Positions 35,701 to 50,700 of a DNA stretch of 64,000 nucleotides are shown here, in pieces. The stretch's first letter is position 1; every line of letters starts with the position of its first letter. The stretch is from Bilabrum cf. latius (lineage: Eukaryota). Position numbers and translations under genes: made by a program. Below the pieces are notes generated by a model. It saw nothing but the letters and a program-made list of their open reading frames with translations, made no database searches and was not told where the DNA came from. Location of the stretch: assembly GCA_965178125.1 (NCBI GenBank), contig OZ237737.1, forward strand, positions 1,364,001 through 1,428,000. The letters are read 5' to 3'.

Positions 35701-38700
35701 GCTCAAGCACGCGGCTCCAATTCAACGCACGCCAAGATCCTCGTGGAAGCCCCACCGCTTGGAGTAGCGCGAGCCTTGGCGGAATGCGCGCGCGACGCGA
35801 TTGCGGAGCACTCGCCAAAGGCCGAGTAGGCAGATGGTGATCCAGCGCGCGTGGGTGTCGTGGAGGGACCCCTTGCGTACGTGCCCGAATGGCGCGCGGG
35901 TCAGTGGGTCTGGGTTCCGTGCTGCGTCCTGATGTACTCCGCACCCGAGCAGCCACAGCACGCTGGTGCCGACGCAACGGCTCTGATGGGGTTCGGCGGT
36001 CGTTTCTTGGTGCAGAAGGTCGTAGTGCCGGGCGCTGCGAGCAAAGATGCCGCTGAGACAGCGTGGAAGCGGCAGCACGCTCTCCTTCTACCGTCTAAGG
36101 GTGATCGTATGGGCATTGGCGAGCGCAAGTGGGTCCGGAGGCTCAACCTGCGGTTTGCACAGGAGAGCCTCGACATGTTCCTGGCGCGTCGAGGCGCTGC
36201 CGAAATGAGGCGGGAGAAGGTCAAATCCATGATTCGCCTGCGTCGCTACATCCAGTCTTTGCCGTCGGACTAGGCTGTGGTGACCAACCTGCCGGCCTTT
36301 TGGGAGCGCCTGATCGCGATCCGAGCCGGCGAGGGCGTGCGGGACGCTCGTATGCGCAAGCAACGGCGCGAAAAGCACAACGTCAGCCGCTTTGGCGACC
36401 CGAACGCAACTGGATCCGCCGCGGCTGCGGCCGCTCGTCGTGTGCTTGCGGCTGCCAGTCGGGCCAGGGCTGGAGTGTTGATCACCCGGCCATCCACGAG
36501 AGGGCAGTCCAGGGTGGGAAATAGGAGCAGTGACGGCAAAGTAGCGGACGAAAAGGACGCAGCCGCTTCGGTGGCTCTTGATATGCAGCGCGCTCTGCAA
36601 AAGGACAGCAGATCGTCTCTGGAGGCCTTCGCAAACCACGTGTGGGCCGGTGGTGCAGATGGCCGATCGTCGGCCGGTGCGAGCTCGATGGGTCGCCCGG
36701 AGGATGTTGATCCCGAACTGGAACGTGCCAAGGCCGTGGTGAGTCGCAACTTGGACGAGATCCGACGTGACTTTAGGGAGGTCCTGCACCTCGCCACGCT
36801 GCGATACTCGGCTCGGGACACCATCGCAGCCCATGCGCTGCTGCAGCAGCGGCTGCCGCTTCCAGTTCCGTAGAGCGCACCTAGGTCATACGGCCTCGTC
36901 GAGGTGTCCGAAACGGGAGCACGGGTGCCGTTCCATGCGGCGTTGGCGAGCGTGGCCGAGTCCCTTGAGCTGACGTTTGCCCCGGCGTGGCCCGCCACCC
37001 TTTGGCTCGCCACTACGTTCGAGCTCCAGTTCCGCAACCGGCGCTTCGTTGACGTGGACCTGCCGGCATCTCAGGTCGCCGAGCAGCAAGCTGCGCTGGC
37101 AGAGGCCCTGGCAGGCGGCGGACAGTACGCAGAGAGATAGGCAGAGGCAGTCAGGGCTGCTGCCGCTGCTGCAGCCGAGAAGGCCTAGTCACTGCGTCGG
37201 GAGCGCATGCGCCGTCGCATGCGAAAGCATGTCGCCGGATCTTCCACAGTCGGCGGTCGACTGGGTCTGCCTGCTCCTCCCTCCGGAGGGGCCGGGACGG
37301 GGCCTCGGCGCGGTGGCCGGGTGCTTCGGCCAGCGGCAGGGTCCGGTGAAGGAGGCGACTCGTCTGCTGCTGGTGCACGCGCTGGTCGGCGAGGTTCCAT
37401 GCTTGGCATCGGGCTGAGCGCGCTGGAAGAAATTGAGAATGCGACCTACCCGTGCTCGTTGGAGCAGTGGTCGCTGCGACAGGACACGTGCAGGCAGGAG
37501 CTGCTCGAAGACCTCGAGGAGGACTGGAGGCAGCGATTCGCATCGGAGCTGCACGACTCTCTGCAGCCCACGCATAATCTGTTTGCAAGAGACCAGGAGG
37601 AGTACACAGAGAGCGCGCTGCTGCCAATCATGCGCAGGCAGCACTCCATCATGGCCTCGCAGCTTCGATTCGTGGTGGACACCTCAATCGACGATCTCAT
37701 GGTGTTCCTTGCAAAATCGTGCGAGGATGCCCGAGTCAGGTCAAATGCTCTTCGAGTCTTTGGCGGGATGCCCCGCGACAGTGCCCTGCTTCTGGACCCG
37801 GATCACGAGGGCAGGCTCATGGAAGTTGCAACGTACGGCCTGGATGGGCTCGCTGCCCCCAGAGAGATGCCGGCGAGCTAGGGCGAGTACGAGTCTCCGG
37901 TCTGGAAGCTCCTGGAGATAGATCCCAAGCCCGCACAGGCCCATGCCTCGGGCAGTGGAGATGATGCGCACGGACAACAGCACCCTGCTAACTCGGCAGC
38001 TGCTCAAACAGGCGTTAGCCCGAGGCCTCTGCTGCTTCCTGAGGCTGGTCATCACGGCAACACGGCTGCTGACGCGGCAAGGGTCGAGCGTGTAATGTCA
38101 AAACGGGCTCGGCTGGGAAGGAGATGGAGAAGAGCCTGCGGGGTTCCTGTTGCTGCAGTGCAGCGCGCCATGCGGCTGCTTGTGACGTGCTCGAGAGCCT
38201 TTCCTGAACCATCGGAATACGACGGGACTGCCTCTCGCATGGACATTTTGGCTGAGAATGGCGATGAGGACCTGGAGGAGATGCACTGGCGCAAGTCGGA
38301 AGTGGTACGCGTCGATGACACGGCAGTGAGCACCATGCACTAGAACGCCAGGTTCGAAGGGGCTTGTGCAGCTATTCGCAGGAGGTGGCAGCGGGGCACG
38401 GAGGTGTGCGACGGTATCGACGCAGCCGATGCGGATTCCTGGCGAATTGAGGATGACACCATCGGTCTGCCCGCGATATGGCGCCGCGCGGTGGAGGGCA
38501 GGCCGGTAGCTGCTATCTGGAACTATGTGTGGGGCGGTGATGTGGAATAGTTCCCCCACGAGCAGGAGGGCATGCTGGCCCTTGAGGACCTAAGCCCCGG
38601 CAGGGAGGCCGTGAGTGACCCTCAGCCTGGAGACGTGCTCAAGCGGCAGAGGAAGAGGGCGCATGCCAGAAAGGCCAAGGATGGCGAGCACCAGCGCATG

Positions 38701-41700
38701 CACGGCCAGTACGAATTTGGGGCGCCAAACGAGCAGGACACTGCGAAGCACTAGCCATCCCTTTTCAAAGTGTAGCTTGTACCCGGCCAGCTGCTCGAGG
38801 CGTCGGACGATGCCTTAGAGTTCATTGCCGCGGTGGACACGGTTTATCGCTCTGCGACCGCAGACAGAGACGTCCTAGAGCACGCCTCAGTCATTCGCGA
38901 TGAACCAGCTGCGAGCACCGGAGGCAGGCAGGACGACATCCTCGGCATGGGATTGTCTGGAGCAGATGCTGAGCAGCCCGAGCCGGACTGGCTTCGGTCC
39001 GAGCGAGTGGCCAGGGCCCGCGATGCCAGCACGGCTGACTTTGTGGGCGAGTATCTTGCGGGCCGCGGGTGCCAGCACTCCCTTCCTGGCGTTGGTATGG
39101 TGTCGTACCAGTCCAACCCTGACGCCCCAGCAAGCCACTCCCACGGGCTTGATTGGACAGCTGTAGAGAACATGCCACAAGGCTCGGGTATCGCAGCGTA
39201 TTATCGCAAGTAGGTGAAGAAGAATGCGGGAGGTCGCGGGTCCAAGTAGCACGGGAGCTCAGTATCAGGGCCAGACGATGGCCAGCAGACAGCAAGGAAG
39301 CCGTTTGCATCTAGGTTTGCCGCCGCGGCTGCAAGCGCTGCTCAGTCTGCAGCCCTTCGTGCAGAACCCGACGCAGTGCTGTCTCCCGCTGCGGTGCTTT
39401 CACCGAGCGGGGACTAGCTGCTGGAACGATTGAGGGAGTCTCTTTGGGGTATCGCGCGCGCTGGCGCGTCTGTGGGCTCGCTTGAACCCCTCGTCCTCAC
39501 CCTGCTCAGGATTCCGGCCTCTCCGTTGCTGTCGCTCAAAGGAGTGCCCCCGTTGCCTGCGCACTCCGGTGGTCAGGCCGCCCGGGCTGATCCGTTCAAG
39601 CTCCCATCGATTCACGCCCCGGTGCGACCAGGGGCGTGCGGAGATGCGTCCAACGAGGAGCAGTTCCATCCAGCTTCGCTCACACCCGGTCCGATCCCCA
39701 CCAACAGCGACTATCCGACGGCTCACTCCACTGCACTCAGGCTCCGGGCTGCAGATGCCTCGCTTGCCTCCATGGTGCGCTCGGAGCTGCGCCGTCCGCT
39801 CGCGCTCGCTGGAGCCTTTAGCCGGTATGCATGGGTGCTTCGCTTCTCACCACGGAGCGTGAGGAGGGCAGTGTCAGTACGTCGTTGGTACGAGCCGCTG
39901 AAAGACATCCAGCCTGGAGTGTACGATGACCGTCGGGAGGCCCGGCGCAAGGCGCGGGAGGAGCGGATTGCGACGAGGAAGGCGGAAGCTGAGGCCGCAA
40001 GGCAGCGCGGTCGCGCGGCGGTTGCCCAAGCAGAGCAGTAGGCAAAGAAGGAGGCCGAGGAGGAACTAAATTTGGCATCCAGGCTGTTCTCTACGCAGAG
40101 CAACGAGGCCTTGCCTCCTCTGCTGCAGCCGGTGGTAGTGGATGGTGTGCCAGCCATCGATTTAGCGACTTGGGAGGCCGAGGACGATCAAGGGTGGATC
40201 ACTGCGGACGAAGCGGATGATCCCAGTCGGCAGGCTAGGCGAGAACGCCGCAAGCGCCGCAAGGAGCAATCGCAGCAGCGCCGGGGTTACGCTGGCAGGG
40301 GAGCAGCACGCAGCGGTGCTGGTGGTGACCCTGCCGATGACGACGACGATGACTTCTTCGACGCGGCGACTGCCGGGCACGGTCGAGGCCTGTTCGGGCG
40401 TCGTGGTAGCGCCAGTCGTCACGGGCCAGTTGGAATCAGCCTCCTGTTGGGTGCCTAGTCCATTGTGCCCTACCGACAGCGCAAGCCACGGACTCGCTTC
40501 TTCCCTCTGGAGATCGACTACACCAAGGTTTCGGCCGTGGCCGCCATCCCGTTGGGAGCCAATGCAATGAGGGAGCACTAGTTGGCAGCCGATAAGGCAA
40601 AGAGTGGAGCAAGCAGCGGAGACGCCGATGGGTCGGATAAGGACAGTGCATACCTCTCGTCTGGGGAGAGCAGCCTAGAAGGTGACGTCCTTAGCGATAC
40701 GGACGAGTCCAGTGACGACAGTGACGTGTCCACCGATGAGGAAGAGCACCTCGCCAACCAGCTCGAGAGGCCGTCGTCGGAGGCCTCACAGGATGCCGAG
40801 GCCGCCGGTGCTAGCATGAACAGCGTGAAGAGCGTAGAGCCCGGGACTAGCCGGTACGTGAAACAACCAAGGCAGCAGCAGTGGCCAGGGATGCTTAAGA
40901 TCCGAAGGGCTGTACGCGACGAAGCGAAGCTGCTTAGGGCAATCTACCGTGCTGGAGAGGAGGCCAAGCGACTGTCGGCGGATGAAGTGAAATTCGGTCT
41001 CGTCACGGTTGATTGCACCCCCTACAAAGAGGCAATCGCTCGCAGGACGCGTGAGCTCGTGGCGTGCATCTCATCTCTCGTGATTGATGACGTGATTGCC
41101 GTTACGGAGTGCCTTCGCAGCAGGTACAGGAGTCTGGCAGACCGGGTGAGGAGCCGTCCAACGGACGCTAAGGGTCTTGAGGAGCAGCGCGATTTGCTAT
41201 CGACGATCAACAAGACCGTTCTGGAGCTGGATACTGTAGCTGCCGACTCCATCGAACGGCTGGAATGCCTAAGAGAGTTCGGTGTGGTAGTGCCCGGCAA
41301 GGTGATTGCTGCTGCCTGGCGAGTGCGCAGGCGGCCTTCGGAGATCGAGAACGATGAGATTGATGCTAGCACCTACCTGGAGGAGCTCACCAAGAAGCTG
41401 CAGGAACAGCTGAAGAAGGAGAAGCATGCCTTCGAAACCGAGCTGAAAGAGCTCCCTGACAAGGTGCTGAGGTTCTACTCTCTTGGAGGCAAGCATCTCG
41501 AGGACGGGGCTACCAGGGGGGATGGCGGGCTAATCTTCTTGAGCGACAAGGGAAGAACAGAGAGCGAGTCCATTGCGGTTGAAGCGTAGCAGTTGCACGA
41601 CCGCATGAAAGACGCAGCCACCAAGGTAAAGGAGATAAACGAAATCGAGAGGATTCTCGGCGAGGAGCAGTCCGAGTACGGTACTCTTGACGCCTACGCC

Positions 41701-44700
41701 ACCGACTTTGCCCCCTTCTACCGTCTATGGTCTGCAATGAGTGACTTTGATGCCCTCAGGGACTAGTGCCTGCGGGAGGCCATTCAGGGCCTCAACCCCG
41801 CCGACATTGCAAGGCAGGTGGATAGGCTGTATGCGGAGACTGAGACGCTGGTAGATACCTTCGCCCACGTTATCCCCCCACTTGAGTCTGCCAAGGGGCT
41901 AAGGGAGAGAATCGCTGCATTTAGGGAGGTTGTGCCCGTCATCGAGGCACTTGCAGCGCAGCCCATGCGAGCCGCTGGCAGCGACACTCACTGGAAGGCA
42001 GTTGCAGTGGAGCTGGTGCCGACCAACCCTGACCGAATCGCTGACGAGGTGTCATCAGTATCTTTGAGCGACCTCCTGAAGTATGGAGCCAGGGATAAGA
42101 TCGAGAAACTTCGCCGCATTTCGCTTGTGGCGAGCAAGCAGTTCCTACTCGATCGACAGCTTCGCAAGATGCAGAATGAGCTGAGGCAAACTAGGTTCTT
42201 GCTGCGGCCGTGGAAAGCGACCCACGTGCCAGTGCTGCAAAAGTCAGACGAAGTCATGGCGCTGCTTGACGATTAGCTCATCAAGACGTCGAACATCCTG
42301 GCATCCCCCTATATTGCTGGCAAGATGCAAACCAGGGCGTTGCGATGGGAGGCCACGCTGATCGATGCCTCGAACCTCGTCAAGCTCTGGATCGAGGTGC
42401 AGCGCGCATGGGTCTACCTGCAGCCAATTTTCGGGAGTGACGACATCCAAAGGTAGATGCCGCAGGAAGGGCGAAGGTTCACTGAGGCAGACAGGGTATT
42501 CCGTCGCTTTATTGCGTCAGTTCTGCAGTACCCCCACATCCTTGAGTGCGTACAGGACTCGGGCCAGCTATTCGCGCAATTGCAGCTTGCGATCGAGCGA
42601 TTGGATGAGATTTAGAAAAATCTCGCGCGATTCCTTGAGAAAAAGCGACTTGCCTTCCCGCGATTCTTCTTCCTAGGGAATGATGAGCTTCTTGAGATCC
42701 TTGCAGAATCGCGCGACCCCAGCATGGTGCAGCAGCACCTGCCCAAGTCGTTTGAGGGCATGCACACGCTCGTGTTCGAGGAGACAGCCAAGGGGAAGGC
42801 CCTTACGGAAAAGAAGGCGAGAGAAGCCGCTGATGCCGCCAAAGCAGATCGTATGAAGCTGAAGAGCTCGCAGAGAGACCAACCGGATTCGGGTGGTGCT
42901 GCTGGGGCAGCTGGGGAGGATGAGGGCGGGGACGAGGGTGGTAGCAGGCGCGCATCTGACATGGGCAAGGCAAGCACTGTGGAAGATCAGGAGCGCGAGC
43001 GCAACCGCATCATGCTGCTGAAGCTGCAGGAATCTTCTGCTGGGCTAGGTGACAGCGACCCCACTGGGGTACTTGACATGGCCGCAGCCGATGCCGCGGA
43101 CGAAGCCCGCAGGCAAAAAGAGATTGAAGACGCCAAGGCCGCCGAGGGCACCCTGTTGATCACGGGCATGAAGAGTGCAGACGGCGAACACGTGCCTTTT
43201 GCTCTCGATGACGTCGTGGATCCCAACCGCGGCCTGCGTCGCGGCAATGTTGAGGTGTGGATGGCGGAGGTCGAGGAGTCCATGCGAGGCAGCGTGCGGC
43301 TGCATACCATGAGGGCGCTTCATGACTTCGTCAGAAACGTGGGCTTGCCTGAGGCCGGTGTGGTGCCTTCCCAGTCCTATCTTGACGAATACGCAGTGCG
43401 TCGAGAGGAGTGGAGCTCCCGCTGGCCGGGGCAGGTCGTGTTGGCAGTCGATCAGATCGTGTGGACATATGGCTCTGAGTCGGTGCTGCGGCTGATCGAG
43501 AAACGATCTCTTCGCCGCGATGCAAATGATGAGCTTATCAATGAGTACTCTCGACAGCATCTGGAGGGGTATCACGCGATGCTCGGCACGAACCTAAGGG
43601 CCATCGTCCGGAGAGTGAGAGCGCCTCTCAACGTGCAGAGGCGCATCACGCTGTCTGCACTGACTACTCTTTCAGTGCATGGGCGCGATGTTGTTGACGG
43701 CATGCTGAAACGAGGCACGGCCACGGTGCATGACTTCGAGTGGTACTCGCAGCTGCGATACTACTGGGAGCACACACCTTCGGAGGCGGACGGCGAGCAC
43801 GCCGAAGTGATCTGGAAGGGGACGGACGGCGCATCCATTGGCCGGGGGGCTTCCTTTGAAGCCCCCGAGGCTGTTTCTTGGAGAAAGGCCGAAGCTGCTC
43901 GCAAGGGCAAAGGCAAAAGACGACGCTTTGCGGTTGCAAAGAACAAGGGCGGCGGGCTTGCGGCCCTTGTTATGGCCGCCACAGGAGCCGCGGACGAGGA
44001 GTCCATCGCTGAGGCCGCACGGCAGAGCGGCGAGGCCCGCATCCCTGTCAGGGTCGTCAATGCAACCCAGCACTACGGCTGGGAATACATCGGCAATACC
44101 GGTAGGCTCGTTGTTACGCCGCTCACGGACAGGTGCTACCGCACTCTCATGGGTGCCATCTCGCTCATGTACGGCGGCTCTCCCGAAGGTCCAGCAGGAA
44201 CAGGCAAGACGGAGACCACGAAGGACCTGGCCAAGGCGGTAGCTCAGCACTGCCTCGTTTTCAATTGCTCCGAGGGACTTGATGTTGGCGCGATGGGCAA
44301 ATTTTTTAGGGGTCTTGCCTCAAGTGGGGCCTGGAGCTGCTTTGACGAGTTCAATCGAATCGAGAAGGACGTTCTGTCTGTTGTTGCACAGCAGATCCTG
44401 ACGATACAGACCGCAAAGAGGCAGGGCCTGTCTCGATTTGTACCGCCTGATTCAACTGTAGCGGATGTGGGGGACGCAGATGCTGCGGATGATAGGTTCA
44501 GCATCCCTCTCAAGTCGTCGTGCAACGTGTTCATCACTATGAATCCTGGGTATGCCGGCCGCACGGAGCTGCCTGACAACCTGAAAGCGCTCTTTAGGAC
44601 AGTTGCAATGATGCGTCCGGATTTTGGCCTGATTGCAGAGATCAAGCTGTACTCGTACGGATTCGTGCAGGCGCGGCAAATGGCTCGCAAGATCGTTCAG

Positions 44701-47700
44701 GTGCTACGTCTGGCCTCGCAGCAGCTCTCAAAGCAGCAGTGGCACGACTTTGGTATGCGGGCAGTCAAGGCGATCCTGGATGCCAGTGGCCTCCTCAAGC
44801 GAGCTGCCGATGCAGATGCCGCAATGGACGTGCCGCAAGGGTAGCAAGCTCGGTGGTCGACTCGTGGCGATGACGATTCCCGGGAGGCTCTGCGGCTTGA
44901 AGCCACGATCGTGCTGCGCGCCATTCTGCAGGTAAGCATGCCTAAATTCACGAAGGAAGATGCGCCGTTGTTCATCGGTATCGTCAGTGATCTGTTCCCC
45001 GACCACCAGGCACTGATTCGTCGCTATTACGACCTCGGTCTCGGGGGTGGGAGCGCCATGCTAGGCCTCGGCGGCGGTGACACCTCGTTGGACGAATCGG
45101 CTTCAAGTACACCGGTGCTCTAGACCCCCAGGCCGAAGGCTGCGGCCCATCAGGTCGACGCTATCGATGGTGCTGATGGCGGGGCGGGCAACTATGACGA
45201 TGGACCGAAGCGGGTGGCGTTCACAGCATCAGCAGGTCAGTCTATGCCCACACCACGCTCATCAGGCGGCGAAGTTGCCGCTGCCGAGGACCGCGACGAA
45301 CTTGCCCTTCGCACGGAAATTCTCGAGGTGTGCTCAAGGTCTGGCATGCAGCCGATTCCCTCTTTCCTCGGCAAGTGTTAGCAGCTGCATGAGACGGCGC
45401 GGGTGCGTCACGGCATCGTTATCATTGGTGAGGCCATGTCTGGCAAGACCAGCATTATTCGCGCTCTGTCTCGCGCAACCACTGCTCTCTCCAGGAAGCG
45501 ATCCGACACTGCAAAAGTGGCACTGTCGGCCATCGGCATTGTCAAGGATGCCGTCGAGAAAGGGAAGGGAAGGGGCCGGAAACGAAAGAAGAGTAAGGGT
45601 GACAGACGGTCGAAGAGCCAAGAGCCATCCTCTGGTCCTAGAAGCGGGAGCTCGAAACGCCGCCGAAGGCGAAACAGCAATGTGGCCGCAGACGGGAAGG
45701 GGGCCCAAACCGCTGGACGCGGGGCTTCAATCGCAACAGCAAGCAGCTCCTCCATCGCCCCGGTTCGACTCAGGGTGATTAATCCAAAGGCCATCAGCCT
45801 CCAAGAGCTGTTTGGTCAGGGCGAAGAATCCACGGGGGAGTGGGAGGATGGTGTGCTGGCCGTCACGATGCGTGCATGTGCACGTGACAGCTCTGGGGAC
45901 AGGAAGTGGATCCTGTTTGATGGTCCCGTCGATACTCTTTGGATCGAAAACATGAATACTGTGCTGGACGACACCAAGAAGCTGTGTCTTCCCAACGGAT
46001 AGGTAATTCGAGTTCCCGAGCAGGTGCTCATGCTGTTTGAAACCGACGATCTGTCGAGCGCGAGTCCAGCCACGGTGAGCCGTTGCGGCGTCGTGTACAC
46101 GGAACCCAGCGTCGTCGGCTGGCGATCGCTGCTAGCCTCGTGGCTGCAAACGTAGCAGGCCGGCAAGGGCGTGCCAGGTGGTTTGATTCAAACGGTAGCC
46201 GTCTTGCAGCAGGTCCTTGAGACCGGACCGTTCGGCGCAGAGGTCGTTCGGCGCCGCCGACAAAGACAGCGGTGGCGCTCTACATTGCGTGAATCCAGGG
46301 CTCTTCTTGCCGTGGCCAAAGCACGAAATGCGCACAAGGCGGTCAAGCAGGCCGAGGATGCAATTGCTGCCGTGAAAGAGGAGCAACAGCAGGAAATGAA
46401 GGACAGGCGCTCAGGCAAGGCAAAGGCTTTGCGTGCCAAGCTACGGAACACGACCCCGGAGGAGGAGAGGGCAAACCCCCACTCGTATGAGCAATCTGTC
46501 CACAGGTTCATTGTGCGGACATGCGAATGGCTGCTCCCAATCCTGCTTCCTGCCTTATCGCGCTGCTTTAGAGCCAATGGCAACTTCCTGTGCGCAGTGT
46601 CGGAGCAAGCCGCCGTGAACAATTTCTTGACGATGCTTGGAGCCCTCCTCCATGATGAGTTCGGCAGCGGCGAAGAAGAGGAGGAAGAAGATGATGTCAC
46701 GGATGACCCTGTGCAGAAGGCCCTCCGGGGAGACAGCCCTGACGCTCCTCAGCTGCTGGTCAGTCTTGGTCTGAGCGCTTCGAAGATGCGCAGGACGCAG
46801 GACAGCAAGAAGCGAAGCGGTGGGCCTTAGAAGAGCAAAACGCAGGCATCAGCGGAGCTCAAGGGCGTCTGGTGCAAGCTGGAGTGCTTCATCATGCAGT
46901 CCGTTGTGTGGGGACTGGGCGGAGCCCTCGATGCAGAAGGTCGTCGCGTCTTCGATCGACTCCTGAGGCGACTGGCCAGCGGCGGGGGCCCCGGCGAGGA
47001 CCTCGACTACCGCCCTCCGGGTCACGATCAGGAAGAAACCCGGTAGCAAAACATGATCAGGAACGCCGCAAAGGCGCTTCAAGATGCCGCTCGGCCGCAG
47101 TCTGCCGCTGCCTCCAGCGAGGGCACGATCACGGCAGCTCAGCGTAGTAGTGGTGACGAGAGCGACGGGGACGAGTGGGCAAGTGATATTGACGAGGAAG
47201 AGGATGAATAGGCCGAGATTCAGGCAGCTGTGCAAGCAGCTAAGGAAGCCCGCATATCCGGTAGCTAGCCTGCCTCCACCTCCAAGCTGGTCGCGGCCGC
47301 GGCGTCGCGCCCGTCGTCTCCGAAGGCTGCTGGACTCTCGGCCCACGCTGCACCACGTGTGCGATCTGTCGGCAACTTGTTCCGCGGAGATGGGCGAAGG
47401 GACTTGGGATCTCGTCGGGCGCTGCTGATACCTCCGGGACTGGAGCTTGACCGCCGCGCAGACGATGGGACCGTTCTGGCGGCCTCTCACTCCTTCTTTG
47501 AGGCTCCTGCAGGAGACATGAGTTCTCCAGGGCAAGCTGCAAGTGGGAGAGGCCTCATGTCGCCGGCTAGTCCGGCTGGTGCAGCGGTGGAGAAACTTAG
47601 GCGGTCGGCCTTGGAGCGATATGGAAAGGCGCAAGGCCCGACGTGGTTTGACTACTGCATTGAAACACCCGTGCGCGGCTCGCTTGCCGATGCTGAGGAA

Positions 47701-50700
47701 GTCATGATGGAGGTGCTGTCGTCTGCTGCGGGGAGAACCAACGAGAAAGCAACGGCTCTAGTATCAAAGGGGTCTGCTGCACCGTCCTCGTAGTCAGGAG
47801 CGTCGTCAGGGTTACCAGTGTCGCCACGGGCAAGCACGTCAGCCGCCACGTTCGGGGGAACATCTCGTGGTGTAACATCGTTTGTGAAGTGGACCACTTG
47901 GCTCCCTGGCTTTGGGCTGCAGCAAGGCGAGGCTGCGGAGTAGGCAGGCGAGTCTGTCACTGGCATCGACAACTCCGGCGCTTCCTCCGCGGGGCAATCA
48001 ACTATGGAACGTGTGCTTGGCCAGCGGTATCGCGTGCCGCTGTGGAACGTACCTCGAGGCATGCAGCTGCACAGCATCATTGTCCCAACACAAGACACCA
48101 GGCGCGCCACCTTCGTGGCTAGTCTGCTGTTGCGGCACAGGAAGCACGGCCTGCTTGTGGGACCCACTGGTACCGGCAAGACTGCCCTCGTTCGCGGACT
48201 TGTGGAAGGGTTGCACTCCGATCGCTTCTCTACCGCAATCCTGCAGCTGTCATCCACAACATCCGCTGCCTAGGCCCAGGAGGTGGTCGAAAGCGCACTC
48301 GTGAAGCGGCGAATCGGGGTCTACGGCCCGTCGCTGGGAAGGCACGCGGTGATCCACTGTGATGATCTCAACATGGCATCCAAGGAGGAAGGGTCTGGCG
48401 CCTAGCCGCCCCTCGAGCTCCTGAGACAGTGGCTTGATCACGGTTCCTGGTACAGCCGCGACGAGAGGGGGAGGCCGCTCCGCAGACTGCGTGACATCGT
48501 GCTGCTAGCATCTATGGCCCCATCTGGAGGCGGCCGACAGGAGATCTCGGAGAGGTTGCTGCATCACTATGCATGCTTCTCGGTGACCGAGGGCGATTCA
48601 ACCACGCTTCATCGCATCTACGGCTCGATTCTGTCTTGGTTCTTGCGGGAAGCGTCACCGGACGTGCAAGCCAGCTGCCAAAGGGTTGTTGCCACCGTGA
48701 TCGATGTATTTGAAGCAGTCAAGATGCGTCTGCGGCCGACTCCGTCTCGCACCCACTACGTCTTTTCCCCCAGAGATCTCAGCCGGGTCATTCACGGAAT
48801 CTGCTTGTCTGATCCGTCTAGTTTATCAGATCCCTTGCACTTGGTTCGGTTGGTAGGTCACGAATGCGAGCGCGTGTTCGCGGACAGGATCGTGGACGCT
48901 GCCGATTTGCAGTGGTACAACTCACTGTGGAGACAGGCGTGCAACAGGCACAACAGTGTGCCCTGGCTGCACGCGCGACAGGTCTACTACGACCACCTGC
49001 TCACGAAGCGGAGGGAAGCAATCGAAGCGGCTGAGCGCGAGCAGAAGGCTGCTGACGAGAAGGCCGGCGACGTTGATGGTGACGTGCCAGCCAAGCTGCT
49101 CAGGCTCGGGAGCGCCGAAGAGCTTCGGCTCGTAGACGCAGAGGAGTCCCACCAGGGCGTTCCGTCCGGCACCTTGCAGCAGGGCGCCAACAAGAACTCC
49201 TTGCTGTTCGCCTCGTTCGTCTCGGACCCTGCAGAAGACGATATCTTTGCTCCGGTGGCTAGTCGAGCTGCTAACGCTGGCATGGCGCCGGCAGGGGGCG
49301 CTGACAAGGAGCAGCCGCGGCAGAGCGGCACCTACGGCGGGTCATCCGTGCAGGGTGGTGCCTCTGGTGAGATGCCGGGTCCTGCCCCTGCACAGGGCGT
49401 GGGTGCATCCAGTGGCAGGCCGAGGTATATCCAGTGCCGGTCCGACGCCCATCTCCACGCTGTTCTGGCCCGCAAGCAGCGTGGGTACAATAGAAAGCAC
49501 ACTAGCCACAAGCTCGAAATGGTGTTGTTTGATGCAGCAAGGCAACACGTGTGCCGAGTTGCCCGTGTACTTGCACAGCCAAGGGGACACTGTTTGCTCT
49601 GCGGGCTGGACGGGAGCGGGAGGCGAAGCGTAACTCGACTCGCGGCTTACGCTCAGAACTGTGACCTGATCGAGCCGGATGTCTCAAATGCGTCTCATTA
49701 CTCGCTGCAGGACTGGCGTGAGGACCTCAAGAACGCATTGCTGCAGTCTGGTCTCCACGGGAAGCATGTGGCCATGGCTGTGCTCGAATCACAGATTGCC
49801 ACTGCAGGGAATCAGCTGCTCGATGATGTCTCGCTGCTGCTGAACGGCGGCCAGCTCCGATCCAACGATGTGCTTGACCAGGAGACCCAGAGGCGCATTC
49901 AAGAGGAGCTTGGGCCTGCGGCACGGCAGGCGCAGCTCGACAAGCGGATTGCTGCGCAGCAGGTATAGGCTGATGCTGCCTCTCGCAGGCCAGGCAGCGT
50001 GCAGCATGGCAGCCAGCGCGGAGGCGCGAGCACGTCACAGCTTTGGACCGCGGCGAGTGGGGCGGGATCCAGTGCAGCAAGAGGATCTGCAACCAGGCTT
50101 CACTCCAGCACTGCTGCCGACTCTGGGGATGGGGGAGAGGGGGAGTCCGGTACCGACGTGATCAGTTTTTTCTTCGAGCGAGTGCGGAAGAATTTCCACA
50201 TGGTGCTGATCTTTTCTCCTGCCAGTCCTCATTTCCGCGCCAGACTGAGGCAGTTTCCCTCCCTAGTCGATTGCACGACCATCGATTGGTTCCACGAGTG
50301 GCCGCAAGAAGCGCTGCAGGCAGTTGGGCAGTACGTCCTTGTGAAGGCATCCAAGGCAACACAGCGTGACCACAACGCGAGGCGCGGTAGCTTGGCAGGA
50401 TCGCTTGACAGGCGATCGAGCAAGGGTTCTTTGGACGGAGCTTCGGTGGTGTCGCTGCAATCCACGGTGGTGCCTGAAAGCAGCCCATTCCACCAACCGT
50501 CGTCTCTCCTGGTGCAGCTAGCCAGCGATCGAACTGCTCTCCAGCGGGCAGTTGAAGTGTGCGTGCGAATGCACACCAGAGCCGAGGTGTCTTCGCACGA
50601 GCTGCTGAGAGAGCGGGGCCGCCACAATTATATCACGCCCGCCAACTACTTGCAGCTGCTCAAGCTATACGCAAACATTTTGCAGAAGCAGTCGACCCGC